Origin: Candidatus Zhuqueibacterota bacterium
Lineage (GTDB): Bacteria > Zhuqueibacterota > Zhuqueibacteria > Thermofontimicrobiales > Thermofontimicrobiaceae
Assembly (NCBI GenBank): GCA_049322915.1
Contig: JBMOPW010000045.1
Span: 72,206 to 136,205, forward strand
Direction: 5' to 3'
Length of the DNA stretch: 64,000 nucleotides
Within the stretch, counting starts at the first letter, position 1. The number at the start of each line of letters is the position of its first letter. The notes under the pieces are model-generated. The model saw only the letters and a list, made by a program, of their open reading frames with translations. It was not told the DNA's origin and did no database searches. Of this stretch, positions 1-7,879 are shown piece after piece. The translations under genes and the position numbers were made by a program.

Positions 1-23
1 TGGGAGAGTAGGTCATTGCCGGG
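1..23 (+). rRNA. rrf: 3' end of a 5S rRNA gene (or a 5S-derived repeat), truncated by the window start
   Basis: TGGGAGAGTAGGTCATTGCCGGG matches the bacterial 5S 3' terminus (GGGAGAGUAGG...UGCCGG) and is followed directly by a terminator. Only 23 nt are visible. Confidence 0.65.
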
Positions 24-32
24 AATAATTAT

Positions 33-64
33 AAAAGCCTCACGTCTTCGGATGTGGGGCTTTT
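33..64 (+). terminator. Rho-independent terminator with cUUCGg tetraloop
   Basis: AAAAGCCTCACGTC-TTCG-GATGTGGGGCTTTT; identical copy at 148-179. Confidence 0.85.
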
Positions 65-399
65 GTATTTATGAATAGCCGGATGCTGTGAAAATACTGT
101 CCCGCAGCCGCGGGATGGGAGAGCAGGTCATTGCCGGGAATAATTATAAAAGCCTCACGTCTTCGGATGTGGGGCTTTTGTATTTATAAATTGCCGGATG
201 ATGCGATAATACTATGCGCCAGTGGCGCATCGAAATGAGAGTTATTAGCAATTAAACTTCAGTCCATTAAAATGGAGAGACTTTGTAATTTGTTCACTTC
301 ACAGACAACCACACACGAGTAATAATAAGCGCTAAGCAAATATATTGAATCCGGAAGTCCAGTCGTTAGATTTTTCCTTGACAGAAATCTAATAATTTC

Positions 400-428
400 T
401 TGACAATTAATTGAATTTTTTGTACTTT
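400..428 (+). promoter_or_regulatory. Putative sigma70 promoter
   Basis: TTGACA-N17-TACTTT upstream of the ATG at 510. Confidence 0.5.
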
Positions 429-509
429 GTGACAGGAAAATTAAAAAACCGAAACGCTTATACTCTGCCACAAATAAAAAAAAAACTCTGTCGTCAAAGG
501 AGGCTACTT

Positions 510-1475
510 ATGCAAAAGTCGTTGATGGTTTTTCCTGTTATCTGGCTCATTTTCTCTTTATCCGCCTGGGTACAATTGCCATCGAACATCGTAAAAGTGA
601 CGGCTGACGGCTACAGCTATCTGGGTGAAGAAGACACCATGAAACAAGCCAAAGAGCGCGCCATGAAAGATGCCGAGCGTAATGCCATCGAGCAGGGCAC
701 CGGCGTCTATTTGGAATCCTACAGCAAAGTCAACATGAATATGCTGGTCAAAGACGAAGTCAAAACATTGGCTGCTGGCTATCTCATGAACAAGAAAGTA
801 GTAATCGACCGGCTGGAATCAGAGCCGCCGCGCTATCACGTGCAGATCGAGGCCGAAGTTAAATGCGCAGATATGGATAAGCTGATTGCCGCCAGGAAGG
901 CAGAGGCACAACCTCAGCAAACAGCCTTGTCTGTAGAATTCGCCGTTGTAGCTGAACGAAAATTAGCCGATGGCAGTTGGGGCGAAGTACTGGTGAAAGA
1001 TGGCGGCCAGCTGAAAAGCTTCGACAAATTTCAAGTTCACCTTCAGCCCAATGATGATTGCTACCTCTATCTGCTGTTCTATGACTCTCAAGGCAAAGCG
1101 ACGCTGTTATTCCCCAGTGAAATCATGGGCATGAACAATTTTGTCAGGAAACGCGCCGACGTCCGTGCGCCAGGGAAAAACCTGTTTTATGAATTGGATA
1201 CGGCAACCGGCGTCGAGACTATTTACCTGATCGCTTCAGCTCACCCTATGCCTGACATCGATTGGCTGCTGGAGAAAATGGAACAAGCCGGCGCTGATTC
1301 GTTATGTGCTGCCACCCTGGAAAGAACCATTCACACCAGAGGGATCGGCCGCATCACCGAAGGTAGAAAAGCCGGTTTTTCATTGAGCGATGGCCAGCAG
1401 GTGGAAAAAGTGACCGAAGTGGTGACCGGTAAAGGCGCTGTGGTGCGGAAACTGAGCTTCACCCATTTGCCATAA
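510..1475 (+). CDS. Exported DUF4384-domain protein with N-terminal FlgT/LPP20-like domain
   Basis: AAGGAGG RBS before ATG 510; hydrophobic N-terminus; 'AKERAMKDAERNAIEQGTGVYLES' (FlgT_N-like); 'DCYLYLLFYDSQGKATLLFP...GVETIYLIAS' (DUF4384). Confidence 0.7.
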   Translation: MQKSLMVFPVIWLIFSLSAWVQLPSNIVKVTADGYSYLGEEDTMKQAKERAMKDAERNAIEQGTGVYLESYSKVNMNMLVKDEVKTLAAGYLMNKKVVIDRLESEPPRYHVQIEAEVKCADMDKLIAARKAEAQPQQTALSVEFAVVAERKLADGSWGEVLVKDGGQLKSFDKFQVHLQPNDDCYLYLLFYDSQGKATLLFPSEIMGMNNFVRKRADVRAPGKNLFYELDTATGVETIYLIASAHPMPDIDWLLEKMEQAGADSLCAATLERTIHTRGIGRITEGRKAGFSLSDGQQVEKVTEVVTGKGAVVRKLSFTHLP

Positions 1476-1582
1476 TGCAACAGGAACTCCATTGACACGA
1501 ATGAGCGGATTTCCGAAAACAGCTAAATTTACAAGGGGGTTGATTTTTTCAAACTTTATTCCGTTAGACTTCATCCCTTAAT

Positions 1583-1713
1583 CGGGGCTGTAGCAAAAGT
1601 CTCATTGTCATGTATTTAGTCCAGTTTGCAATAGCGAATTTATTCGCTCTATACAATATGCGGTTTTCGACGAATAAATTCGTCACTACAAGTTAGCTTT
1701 TAATACAACCCCG
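1583..1713. mobile_element. MITE-like element with imperfect terminal inverted repeats enclosing a REP-like palindrome doublet
   Basis: CGGGGCTGTAGCAAAAG ... CTTTTAATACAACCCCG; internal AGCGAATTTATTCGCT and GACGAATAAATTCGTC-ACTAC. Confidence 0.5.
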
Positions 1714-1830
1714 GAACATCTGTTCTGCCTCCTTTTAGGAGAGGCTTGGGGTGATGTCATTATTAGCAGTTATCAGACAGACACTGTAAGGTGATGTTAT
1801 TAAAATTACAAATCAGGGGAGACTGATTCC

Positions 1831-3669
1831 ATGAGAAAATGGTCGTTAGCTTTTTTCTTAATAGCGCTGATCCTGAGTGTGGCCACTGCCCAAACCCAAC
1901 GCGGCATCAAAAGCGTTACGGCTGGCAATGCGGCAGAGGAGAAGCGTTTTGCCCTGGTCATTGGGAATGGCGGCTATGCCGATTCGCCGCTGCGAAATCC
2001 GGTGAACGACGCCCGCGCTATGGCAACAACTCTGCGGCAACTGGGCTTCGATGTGATGAGCGGAGAAAACCTCACCCTGCGCCAGATGACGGAACAGATT
2101 CTGGCGTTCGGCAAAAAGATCAAAAACGGCGGCGTGGGTTTATTTTATTTTGCCGGCCACGGCGTGCAGGTGCAGGACCGCAATTATTTGATCCCCGTCG
2201 GCGCGCACATTGACAAAGAGCAGGACGTGGAATTCGAGGCGCTCCATGCCGGTCGGGTGCTGGCGGAGATGGAGGCGGCGGGCAACCGGCTCAACATTGT
2301 CATTTTAGACGCCTGCCGCGATAATCCCTTTGCCCGCTCCTTTCGCTCTGCGGTGCGCGGGCTGGCGCAAATGTCCGCCCCCAGCGGCAGCTTCATCGCT
2401 TACGCCACTGCGCCGGGACAGGTTGCCTCCGATGGTTCAGGAACCAATGGCTTGTACACACAGGAGTTGATCGGCGCCATGCAGCAGCCCGGCTTGAAAA
2501 TTGAGGACGTCTTCAAGCAGGTGCGAGCTGCGGTGATCCGGAAGAGCAACCATAAACAGATGCCCTGGGAATCGACGTCCATTGTCGAAGATTTTTACTT
2601 TGTCCGGCCCGGCGGTTATCAGCCGCCTCTGCCCGACATTGCTGCGCCTGCCGATAAAAAACTGGACCTGAGCCGCTACGAAACTGAAGCCAGCCGGCTC
2701 GCTGCCGTAAAAGCCCAATGGCAGCAATGGCAAACCGAAATGACCAGCAGTTACCAAAAAGCGCAACGGTTGGACAGCGACGTCAATCTGGCTGCCAATT
2801 CCAAGACGCAAATGTGGCAGGAGTTTCTAACCAGCTATACTGAAGATAACCCTTACAGCCAGGAGGACGAAGATCTGCGCAGCAAAGCCAACGGCAGAAA
2901 GTATTACTGGAGCAACTTCCAGCCGCCAAAGGCGAAACCCAGCAAGCCAGCCACCACTGCCGCTGGCATTGAATGGGTCTTTGTCCCCGGCGGCACCTTT
3001 GACATGGGCGATACCTTTGGCGAAGGAAATAGCGACGAATTGCCAGTGCATTCTGTAACTGTGTCCGATTTTTACATGAGCAAAACCGAAGTCACCGTGG
3101 CGCAGTACCGCGCCTTCTGCACTGCCACCAACCGCAGTATGCCTGATCCGCCAGGTTATGGCTGGCAAGACAACCATCCAATAGAAAATGTGAACTGGCA
3201 TGATGCAGTTGCCTATTGCGAATGGGCGGGCTGTCGCTTGCCAACCGAGGCGGAGTGGGAATACGCGGCGCGCGAAGGAGGGAAAAAGGTGCGCTTTGGC
3301 AACGGCAAGCAAGTGGCTATCGCTGCCGAGATAAATTTTCAAGCAAACTATAAGTATCCATATTCGATAACTGGTGTTTATCGCCAAGAGCCAACGCCAG
3401 TGGCGAGTTTTGCGCCCAACGCGCTGGGTTTGTACGACATGTCAGGCAATGTCTGGGAGTGTTGCAGCGATTGGTACGATGCGAATTATTATCAAAACAG
3501 AGTGTCAACTAATCCAAACGGACCTTCATATGGACAGGCCCGTGTGTCGCGCGGTGGTTCATGGTATTACAAAGCAGACGACTGCCGGGCTGCAAATCGC
3601 TGGTGGGATAATCCGGCTACCGGGAACTACAACCGCGGGTTTCGCGTCGTCCAGGGTTCACCGCAATAG
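1831..3669 (+). CDS. Secreted caspase-family (peptidase C14) protein with C-terminal FGE-sulfatase/CLec domain; probable DGR target
   Basis: Signal peptide; ALVIGNGGY, YFAGHG (catalytic His), ILDACR (catalytic Cys); RLPTEAEWEYAAR, GLYDMSGNVWE, RGGSW...GFR. Confidence 0.9.
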   Translation: MRKWSLAFFLIALILSVATAQTQRGIKSVTAGNAAEEKRFALVIGNGGYADSPLRNPVNDARAMATTLRQLGFDVMSGENLTLRQMTEQILAFGKKIKNGGVGLFYFAGHGVQVQDRNYLIPVGAHIDKEQDVEFEALHAGRVLAEMEAAGNRLNIVILDACRDNPFARSFRSAVRGLAQMSAPSGSFIAYATAPGQVASDGSGTNGLYTQELIGAMQQPGLKIEDVFKQVRAAVIRKSNHKQMPWESTSIVEDFYFVRPGGYQPPLPDIAAPADKKLDLSRYETEASRLAAVKAQWQQWQTEMTSSYQKAQRLDSDVNLAANSKTQMWQEFLTSYTEDNPYSQEDEDLRSKANGRKYYWSNFQPPKAKPSKPATTAAGIEWVFVPGGTFDMGDTFGEGNSDELPVHSVTVSDFYMSKTEVTVAQYRAFCTATNRSMPDPPGYGWQDNHPIENVNWHDAVAYCEWAGCRLPTEAEWEYAAREGGKKVRFGNGKQVAIAAEINFQANYKYPYSITGVYRQEPTPVASFAPNALGLYDMSGNVWECCSDWYDANYYQNRVSTNPNGPSYGQARVSRGGSWYYKADDCRAANRWWDNPATGNYNRGFRVVQGSPQ

Positions 3670-3708
3670 GATATATACTTTAGCTCTTTTAGTCTTTTAT
3701 GCTTTGGA
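3431..3708 (+). repeat. DGR-like variable region plus IMH-like tail, copy 1
   Basis: Colinear with 6412-6689 (offset 2981, no indels); 46 nt identical across the stop codon (3646-3691 = 6627-6672). Confidence 0.75.
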
Positions 3709-3752
3709 ATTATATAGCTGAACGCACGTCGCCACAGAGGAGAATGAATTTT

Positions 3753-6650
3753 ATGTCCCGAACTATCAAAGTATTCATCAGCAGTACCTATGAAGATTTA
3801 ATTGCCGAGCGGCAGGCTGTGGAAAAGGCAATAATGCGGCTGAATGAAACCATTCCCGTAGCAATGGAATTTTTTAGCAGTAGCCCGGATACACCGTACG
3901 ACATCTGCATGAAAAAGGTCGCGGACTCGGATATTTACGTCGGCATATTTGCTCATCGCTACGGTTTTATTCCTCCCGGTCAGGCGCAGTCGTTGACAGA
4001 GCTGGAGTATCGCCAGGCAATCAATTTACACAAACCACCGCTCATTTACTTTACGGCCACTGCTGAGGATGATACACCTAAAAAAAATACCGAAAAGGAT
4101 CCATCGCCGGAGCGTGATAAACTCATTGCCCTGAAAGATGAATTAAAAAATAAGCACACCATATCATTTTTTCATAATCCGGATGAACTGGCGACCCTGG
4201 TGATTGCCGATATTCACAACCAGGGGCTCATCAATATTCCTGACGATGTCATCGAATCCCCTTACGGTCTGCTGCGCATGTACCTGGAAGCAGTACGCGA
4301 TGAACACCGTTGGCTGTGGATTTTAGCCCAGAATCGTAAAGTGGTAATGAACACGCTCTATTTGCGGCTGCAACTGTCGCAACGGTTTCGCAGCCGGGAA
4401 TTGGAAACGGCCTTGGCCGAACTGCCGGAGAAGCAATGTGCGTCAGTGGGCAGGGAGGATAAGTCGGCTGCCATTCATGATCTGGATATTCATGAAGCGT
4501 TGCAGCGTTTTACCCAGGTCGTGATCATTGGCGATCCCGGTTGTGGCAAGACGACTTCGTTACGGCATTTGGCCTATGATCAGGCTTGCCGAAATCTGGA
4601 ACGTCTTCATCAGAATCAGGAGCCGGAACAATTACCGGTTTATATTCCGTTGGGGATTCATGGCAACGCCGATAAATCGCTGCGCGATTATGTGTGGGAC
4701 GTCGTACGCGCCTATGCCTTGCCCCTGTCGGTCGCCGAGAATATTGAGACACAGGTGATGGCCGGTCGGGCATTGCTGTTGATCGATGGTCTGGATGAAG
4801 TGCCCACTGAATCGCGACGACAGGTCATCAGAACGTTTGTAGGCCTTATGAACCGCTTTCCGGCGCATCCGCTTATCGTGACATCCCGGGTGATTGGATT
4901 TGAGCATTCGTTGCCGGCAACAGTCCTCGAAGTGTTGCCACTATCCCATTCGCTGATCGATCATTTTATCCACGGCTGGTTTAAAGCTATTAGCCGGGAG
5001 TCCGATGGCGATGCCTTGTATCGTCAAATCGTTTCACAGCCGGGTTTGCTGGAACTGGCTTACAATCCGTTTTTATTATCGCTGATCGCACTGATTTTTG
5101 AGCAGGGCAAACAATTGCCGGAACGGCGGGTCGATTTGTACAATCTCTGCGTGATGACGTTGCTGGAACTCTGGGATAAAGAGCGGAAGCTGCTCGACCG
5201 GAATCGCTATGATCGCACTATTAAAGAAGACCTGTTGATGGAATTAGCCCTGCATTTTTATGAAAAAGAGCCGTTGGCGCTATTGCCAATCGGGGAAGTT
5301 TTTAAAGCGGTCGGGACAATAGTCAATCGGCTCCAGCTCGCGTGTGATTCCAAAACCATCTTAACTGAAATCGAACAGAACAGCGGTCTGCTGCGGAAAT
5401 TTTCCTACCGGCATTATGCTTTTGCTCATCGCACTTTGTTTGAATATTTTGTCGCCCGGGCGCTGGTAGCCGAAATCGATGGAACGACCCGGCTGGTGGC
5501 TTTCTTTAAAAAACATAACAGCGACTCCCAATGGAGCGAGATTTTCCGGCTGGCAACCGGTTTGTTGCAGCAACCCACTGAATTTCTGAAGCTGGTATTC
5601 GATACTGATGCGACGCTCGGCGCCCGCTGTTATCTGGATGCCAACCCGGATGCTGTCGATCACGCGGTTATCCATAAGCGTTGGGCGCAGATTGACCGGG
5701 AGCAGCGGATTAAACTGGTACAGAGTGTGCGCGAGCGGCTGCCAAAACCACCGGCCGACCAAAAGGAAATCCAAAATGCGTTGGACTTTGTGACCTTTTT
5801 GTTCCGTGTGCCGGAAACTGATACTGAGGTATTATATCATTGTGATGAACTGTTACGCGCCATTGGTTCGGATGAAGCTATGCAACTCAGCCAGACCATG
5901 TTCAACCACTGGCCCAACGACCGCAAATATAACCTGGCCGAGTTGGAAAAAGATAAATTTTGGCAACAGGTTGAAATTGAAGCCGGTGAATTTAAGATGG
6001 GTAGTAATGAAGATGACGACGAAAAACCGATTCATCGGGTAACGGTCGCTTCGTTTCGGTTGGGCCAATTCCCGGTAACAGTGGGACAGTATCAGCGGTT
6101 CGACCCGGGCCACAAAGAACAATGGCGAAAGGAGTATGGAAAATTTTTTAAAGATGCCAATCAACCGGTGGTTGAAGTAACCTGGTTCGATGCCTACATT
6201 TTCTGTAAATGGACTGGCGGTCGTTTACCGACTGAGGCGGAGTGGGAATACGCCTGTCGCGCCGGCACAACAACGCCATTTAACACCGGCGAGAATTTGA
6301 CTACGGATCAGGCGAATTACGATGGCAATTATCCCTATAAAAAATTTCCTAAAGGTAAATATCTTGAAAAAACAACGCAGGTGGGCAGTTACACGCCTAA
6401 TGCCTGGGGCCTGTACGATATGCACGGCAATGTCTGGGAGTGGTGCAGCGATTGGTATGATGCGAATTATTACCAAAACAGCGTGTCAACTAATCCGAGG
6501 GGACCCTCATCTGGAGAAGCCCGTGTGTTGCGCGGCGGTTCGTGGAACTACTATGCATACTTCTGCCGTGCTTCCTATCGCATCTGGTACATTCCGTCGT
6601 TCAGGTACAGCAGCATCGGGTTTCGTGTCGTCCAGGGTTCACCGCAATAG
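3753..6650 (+). CDS. DUF4062-NACHT(STAND)-FGE-sulfatase/CLec protein (NLR-like); probable DGR target
   Basis: KVFISST...DIYVGIFAHRYG...TELEY (DUF4062); Walker A GDPGCGKTT, Walker B LLLIDGLDE, IVTSR, NPFLLSL, FAHRTLFEYF (NACHT); CLec motifs RLPTEAEWEYACRAG, GLYDMHGNVWEW. Start chosen by AGGAG RBS spacing (ORF track starts at 3699). Confidence 0.9.
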   Translation: MSRTIKVFISSTYEDLIAERQAVEKAIMRLNETIPVAMEFFSSSPDTPYDICMKKVADSDIYVGIFAHRYGFIPPGQAQSLTELEYRQAINLHKPPLIYFTATAEDDTPKKNTEKDPSPERDKLIALKDELKNKHTISFFHNPDELATLVIADIHNQGLINIPDDVIESPYGLLRMYLEAVRDEHRWLWILAQNRKVVMNTLYLRLQLSQRFRSRELETALAELPEKQCASVGREDKSAAIHDLDIHEALQRFTQVVIIGDPGCGKTTSLRHLAYDQACRNLERLHQNQEPEQLPVYIPLGIHGNADKSLRDYVWDVVRAYALPLSVAENIETQVMAGRALLLIDGLDEVPTESRRQVIRTFVGLMNRFPAHPLIVTSRVIGFEHSLPATVLEVLPLSHSLIDHFIHGWFKAISRESDGDALYRQIVSQPGLLELAYNPFLLSLIALIFEQGKQLPERRVDLYNLCVMTLLELWDKERKLLDRNRYDRTIKEDLLMELALHFYEKEPLALLPIGEVFKAVGTIVNRLQLACDSKTILTEIEQNSGLLRKFSYRHYAFAHRTLFEYFVARALVAEIDGTTRLVAFFKKHNSDSQWSEIFRLATGLLQQPTEFLKLVFDTDATLGARCYLDANPDAVDHAVIHKRWAQIDREQRIKLVQSVRERLPKPPADQKEIQNALDFVTFLFRVPETDTEVLYHCDELLRAIGSDEAMQLSQTMFNHWPNDRKYNLAELEKDKFWQQVEIEAGEFKMGSNEDDDEKPIHRVTVASFRLGQFPVTVGQYQRFDPGHKEQWRKEYGKFFKDANQPVVEVTWFDAYIFCKWTGGRLPTEAEWEYACRAGTTTPFNTGENLTTDQANYDGNYPYKKFPKGKYLEKTTQVGSYTPNAWGLYDMHGNVWEWCSDWYDANYYQNSVSTNPRGPSSGEARVLRGGSWNYYAYFCRASYRIWYIPSFRYSSIGFRVVQGSPQ

Positions 6651-6689
6651 GATATATACTTTAGCTCTTTTACTCTTTTACACTTTGGA
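6412..6689 (+). repeat. DGR-like variable region plus IMH-like tail, copy 2
   Basis: Between GGSW and GFR nearly all variable codons are NNC/NNT (AAC TAC TAT, TAC TTC, TAT, ATC, TAC ATT, TTC, TAC AGC AGC ATC). Confidence 0.8.
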
Positions 6690-6747
6690 GAAAAGAAATA
6701 ACAGGATAGGATAGAAGAAAAATAAAGAAGGGAGCTTTCGCGGGGGT

Positions 6748-6766
6748 CTGGGGGCGGAGCCCCCAG
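6748..6766. other. GC-rich hairpin with GGA trinucleotide loop downstream of the VR (candidate DGR target-recognition hairpin)
   Basis: CTGGGGGC-GGA-GCCCCCAG, perfect 8-bp stem. Confidence 0.6.
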
Positions 6767-6844
6767 CTTTTTCTTGAGGAATAAAATTATGGCCGAGAAA
6801 GAGACCATCGTTACTAAAATGAATGATCTGGTAATTTAGTAAAA

Positions 6845-6900
6845 TGGAGTGCGGCGCCTTCATGCGCCGCCCGTGTTTCGCATGAAGGCGAAACCCTCCA
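6845..6900. repeat. REP doublet (GGAG foot), copy 1
   Basis: TGGAGT-GCGGCGC-CTTCAT-GCGCCGC...GTTTCGC-ATGAAG-GCGAAAC-CCTCCA. Confidence 0.85.
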
Positions 6901-6908
6901 TTGAAAAT

Positions 6909-6969
6909 GTACGGCGCCTTCAAGCGCTGTGAATGTAAAATGTGTTTCGCATAAAGGCGAAACACTCCA
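6909..6969. repeat. REP doublet, copy 2 (degenerate)
   Basis: ACGGCGCCTTCAAGCGCTGT...GTGTTTCGCATAAAGGCGAAACACTCCA. Confidence 0.8.
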
Positions 6970-6985
6970 TGATAGCGGGAATACT

Positions 6986-7534
6986 ATGGGACTGATAATC
7001 AAAAAATATCGACACGCACCGGCTCACTGGTTCAGTGACGATTTTTATTATTTTTTCACGGGAGCGGTTTACCAAAAAAAGCGTTTGCTTTGCACAGCGC
7101 AAACCAAAGATATTTTTATCAACTGCCTGTTTCAATTCATTGAAAAATTCAAATGGGAATTATTGGAGTGGGTGGTCTTAGAAAACCATTATCATTTTTT
7201 GGCGAAGGTACATAAAAGTGAAGACATGCCGCGTTTGATCAATGTTCTCCATAAAACCAGCGCCTTTCACATCAAAAAGAAACTCAATTTGGCAGTGAAA
7301 CCGTTTTGGTATCAATATTGGGATCGCTGCCTTCGAGACGAATGGCACTTTTTCGAAACCGCAAATTATATTCTGTACAATCCGGTGAAACATGGTTATG
7401 TTGAAAATTTGAAAGATTATCCATTTTCAAGTTTTTCAATCCGGATAAGTCAGGAAGAAGCTGAGCTGCGGAAAAATTTTTTGCTGTATAAACCGCAAGC
7501 GATTCACTATTACGATGACATTGATGATTTTTAA
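6986..7534 (+). CDS. REP-associated tyrosine transposase (RAYT, Y1 HUH)
   Basis: YFFT, VVLENHYH (HUH), FWYQYWDRCLRD, YILYNPVKHG, YPFSS; flanked by REP doublets. Confidence 0.9.
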   Translation: MGLIIKKYRHAPAHWFSDDFYYFFTGAVYQKKRLLCTAQTKDIFINCLFQFIEKFKWELLEWVVLENHYHFLAKVHKSEDMPRLINVLHKTSAFHIKKKLNLAVKPFWYQYWDRCLRDEWHFFETANYILYNPVKHGYVENLKDYPFSSFSIRISQEEAELRKNFLLYKPQAIHYYDDIDDF

Positions 7535-7537
7535 GCG

Positions 7538-7592
7538 TGGAGTGCAGCGCCTTCATGCGCTGCCCGTGTTTCGCATAAAGGCGAAACACTCC
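7538..7592. repeat. REP doublet, copy 3
   Basis: TGGAGTGCAGCGCCTTCATGCGCTGCCCGTGTTTCGCATAAAGGCGAAACACTCC. Confidence 0.85.
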
Positions 7593-7676
7593 CCAAAACA
7601 AAGGCTTCATTTCGCAGGGAAAAACCAGGAAAGAAGTTTTAGAAAACAGCCGGGACTCCATGAAAAGGATATTTAG

Positions 7677-7836
7677 CCTGCATTATTCATAGTATTTTTA
7701 AAGAGGCTGGCTAACCTGAATGGTGCTCTTTTTAGAATGAACGTACAAAAACTGAGTTTCAAAATAGCTTAGTTTTTAGCTAATTGAAAATCTGAATGTT
7801 GACTCTAATGCTGAGCAAGTTCATGAATAATTCAGG
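7677..7836 (+). mobile_element. 160-bp MITE with 14-bp TIRs and TTAG target-site duplication, copy A
   Basis: TTAG|CCTGCATTATTCAT...ATGAATAATTCAGG|TTAG; inverted near-identical copy at 22449-22609. Confidence 0.9.
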
Positions 7837-7879
7837 TTAGAAAGATTCAAAATACATAAAAAACAGTGGTGGTGAAAAA

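Larger units (their letters stand above)
1..213 (+). repeat. Tandem ~115-bp duplication of 5S 3' end plus terminator
   Basis: 1-98 and 116-213 are nearly identical over the first ~72 nt, then diverge; period 115 nt. Confidence 0.9.

Noticed and set aside
1..240. CRISPR array
   Set aside because: Units are ~115 nt, contain a terminator and 5S-like sequence, number only 2-3, and no cas genes are present
2950..3669. Formylglycine-generating enzyme activity of the FGE-sulfatase domains
   Set aside because: The catalytic Cys pair following RGGS in true FGEs is absent; the domains are better read as CLec ligand-binding folds
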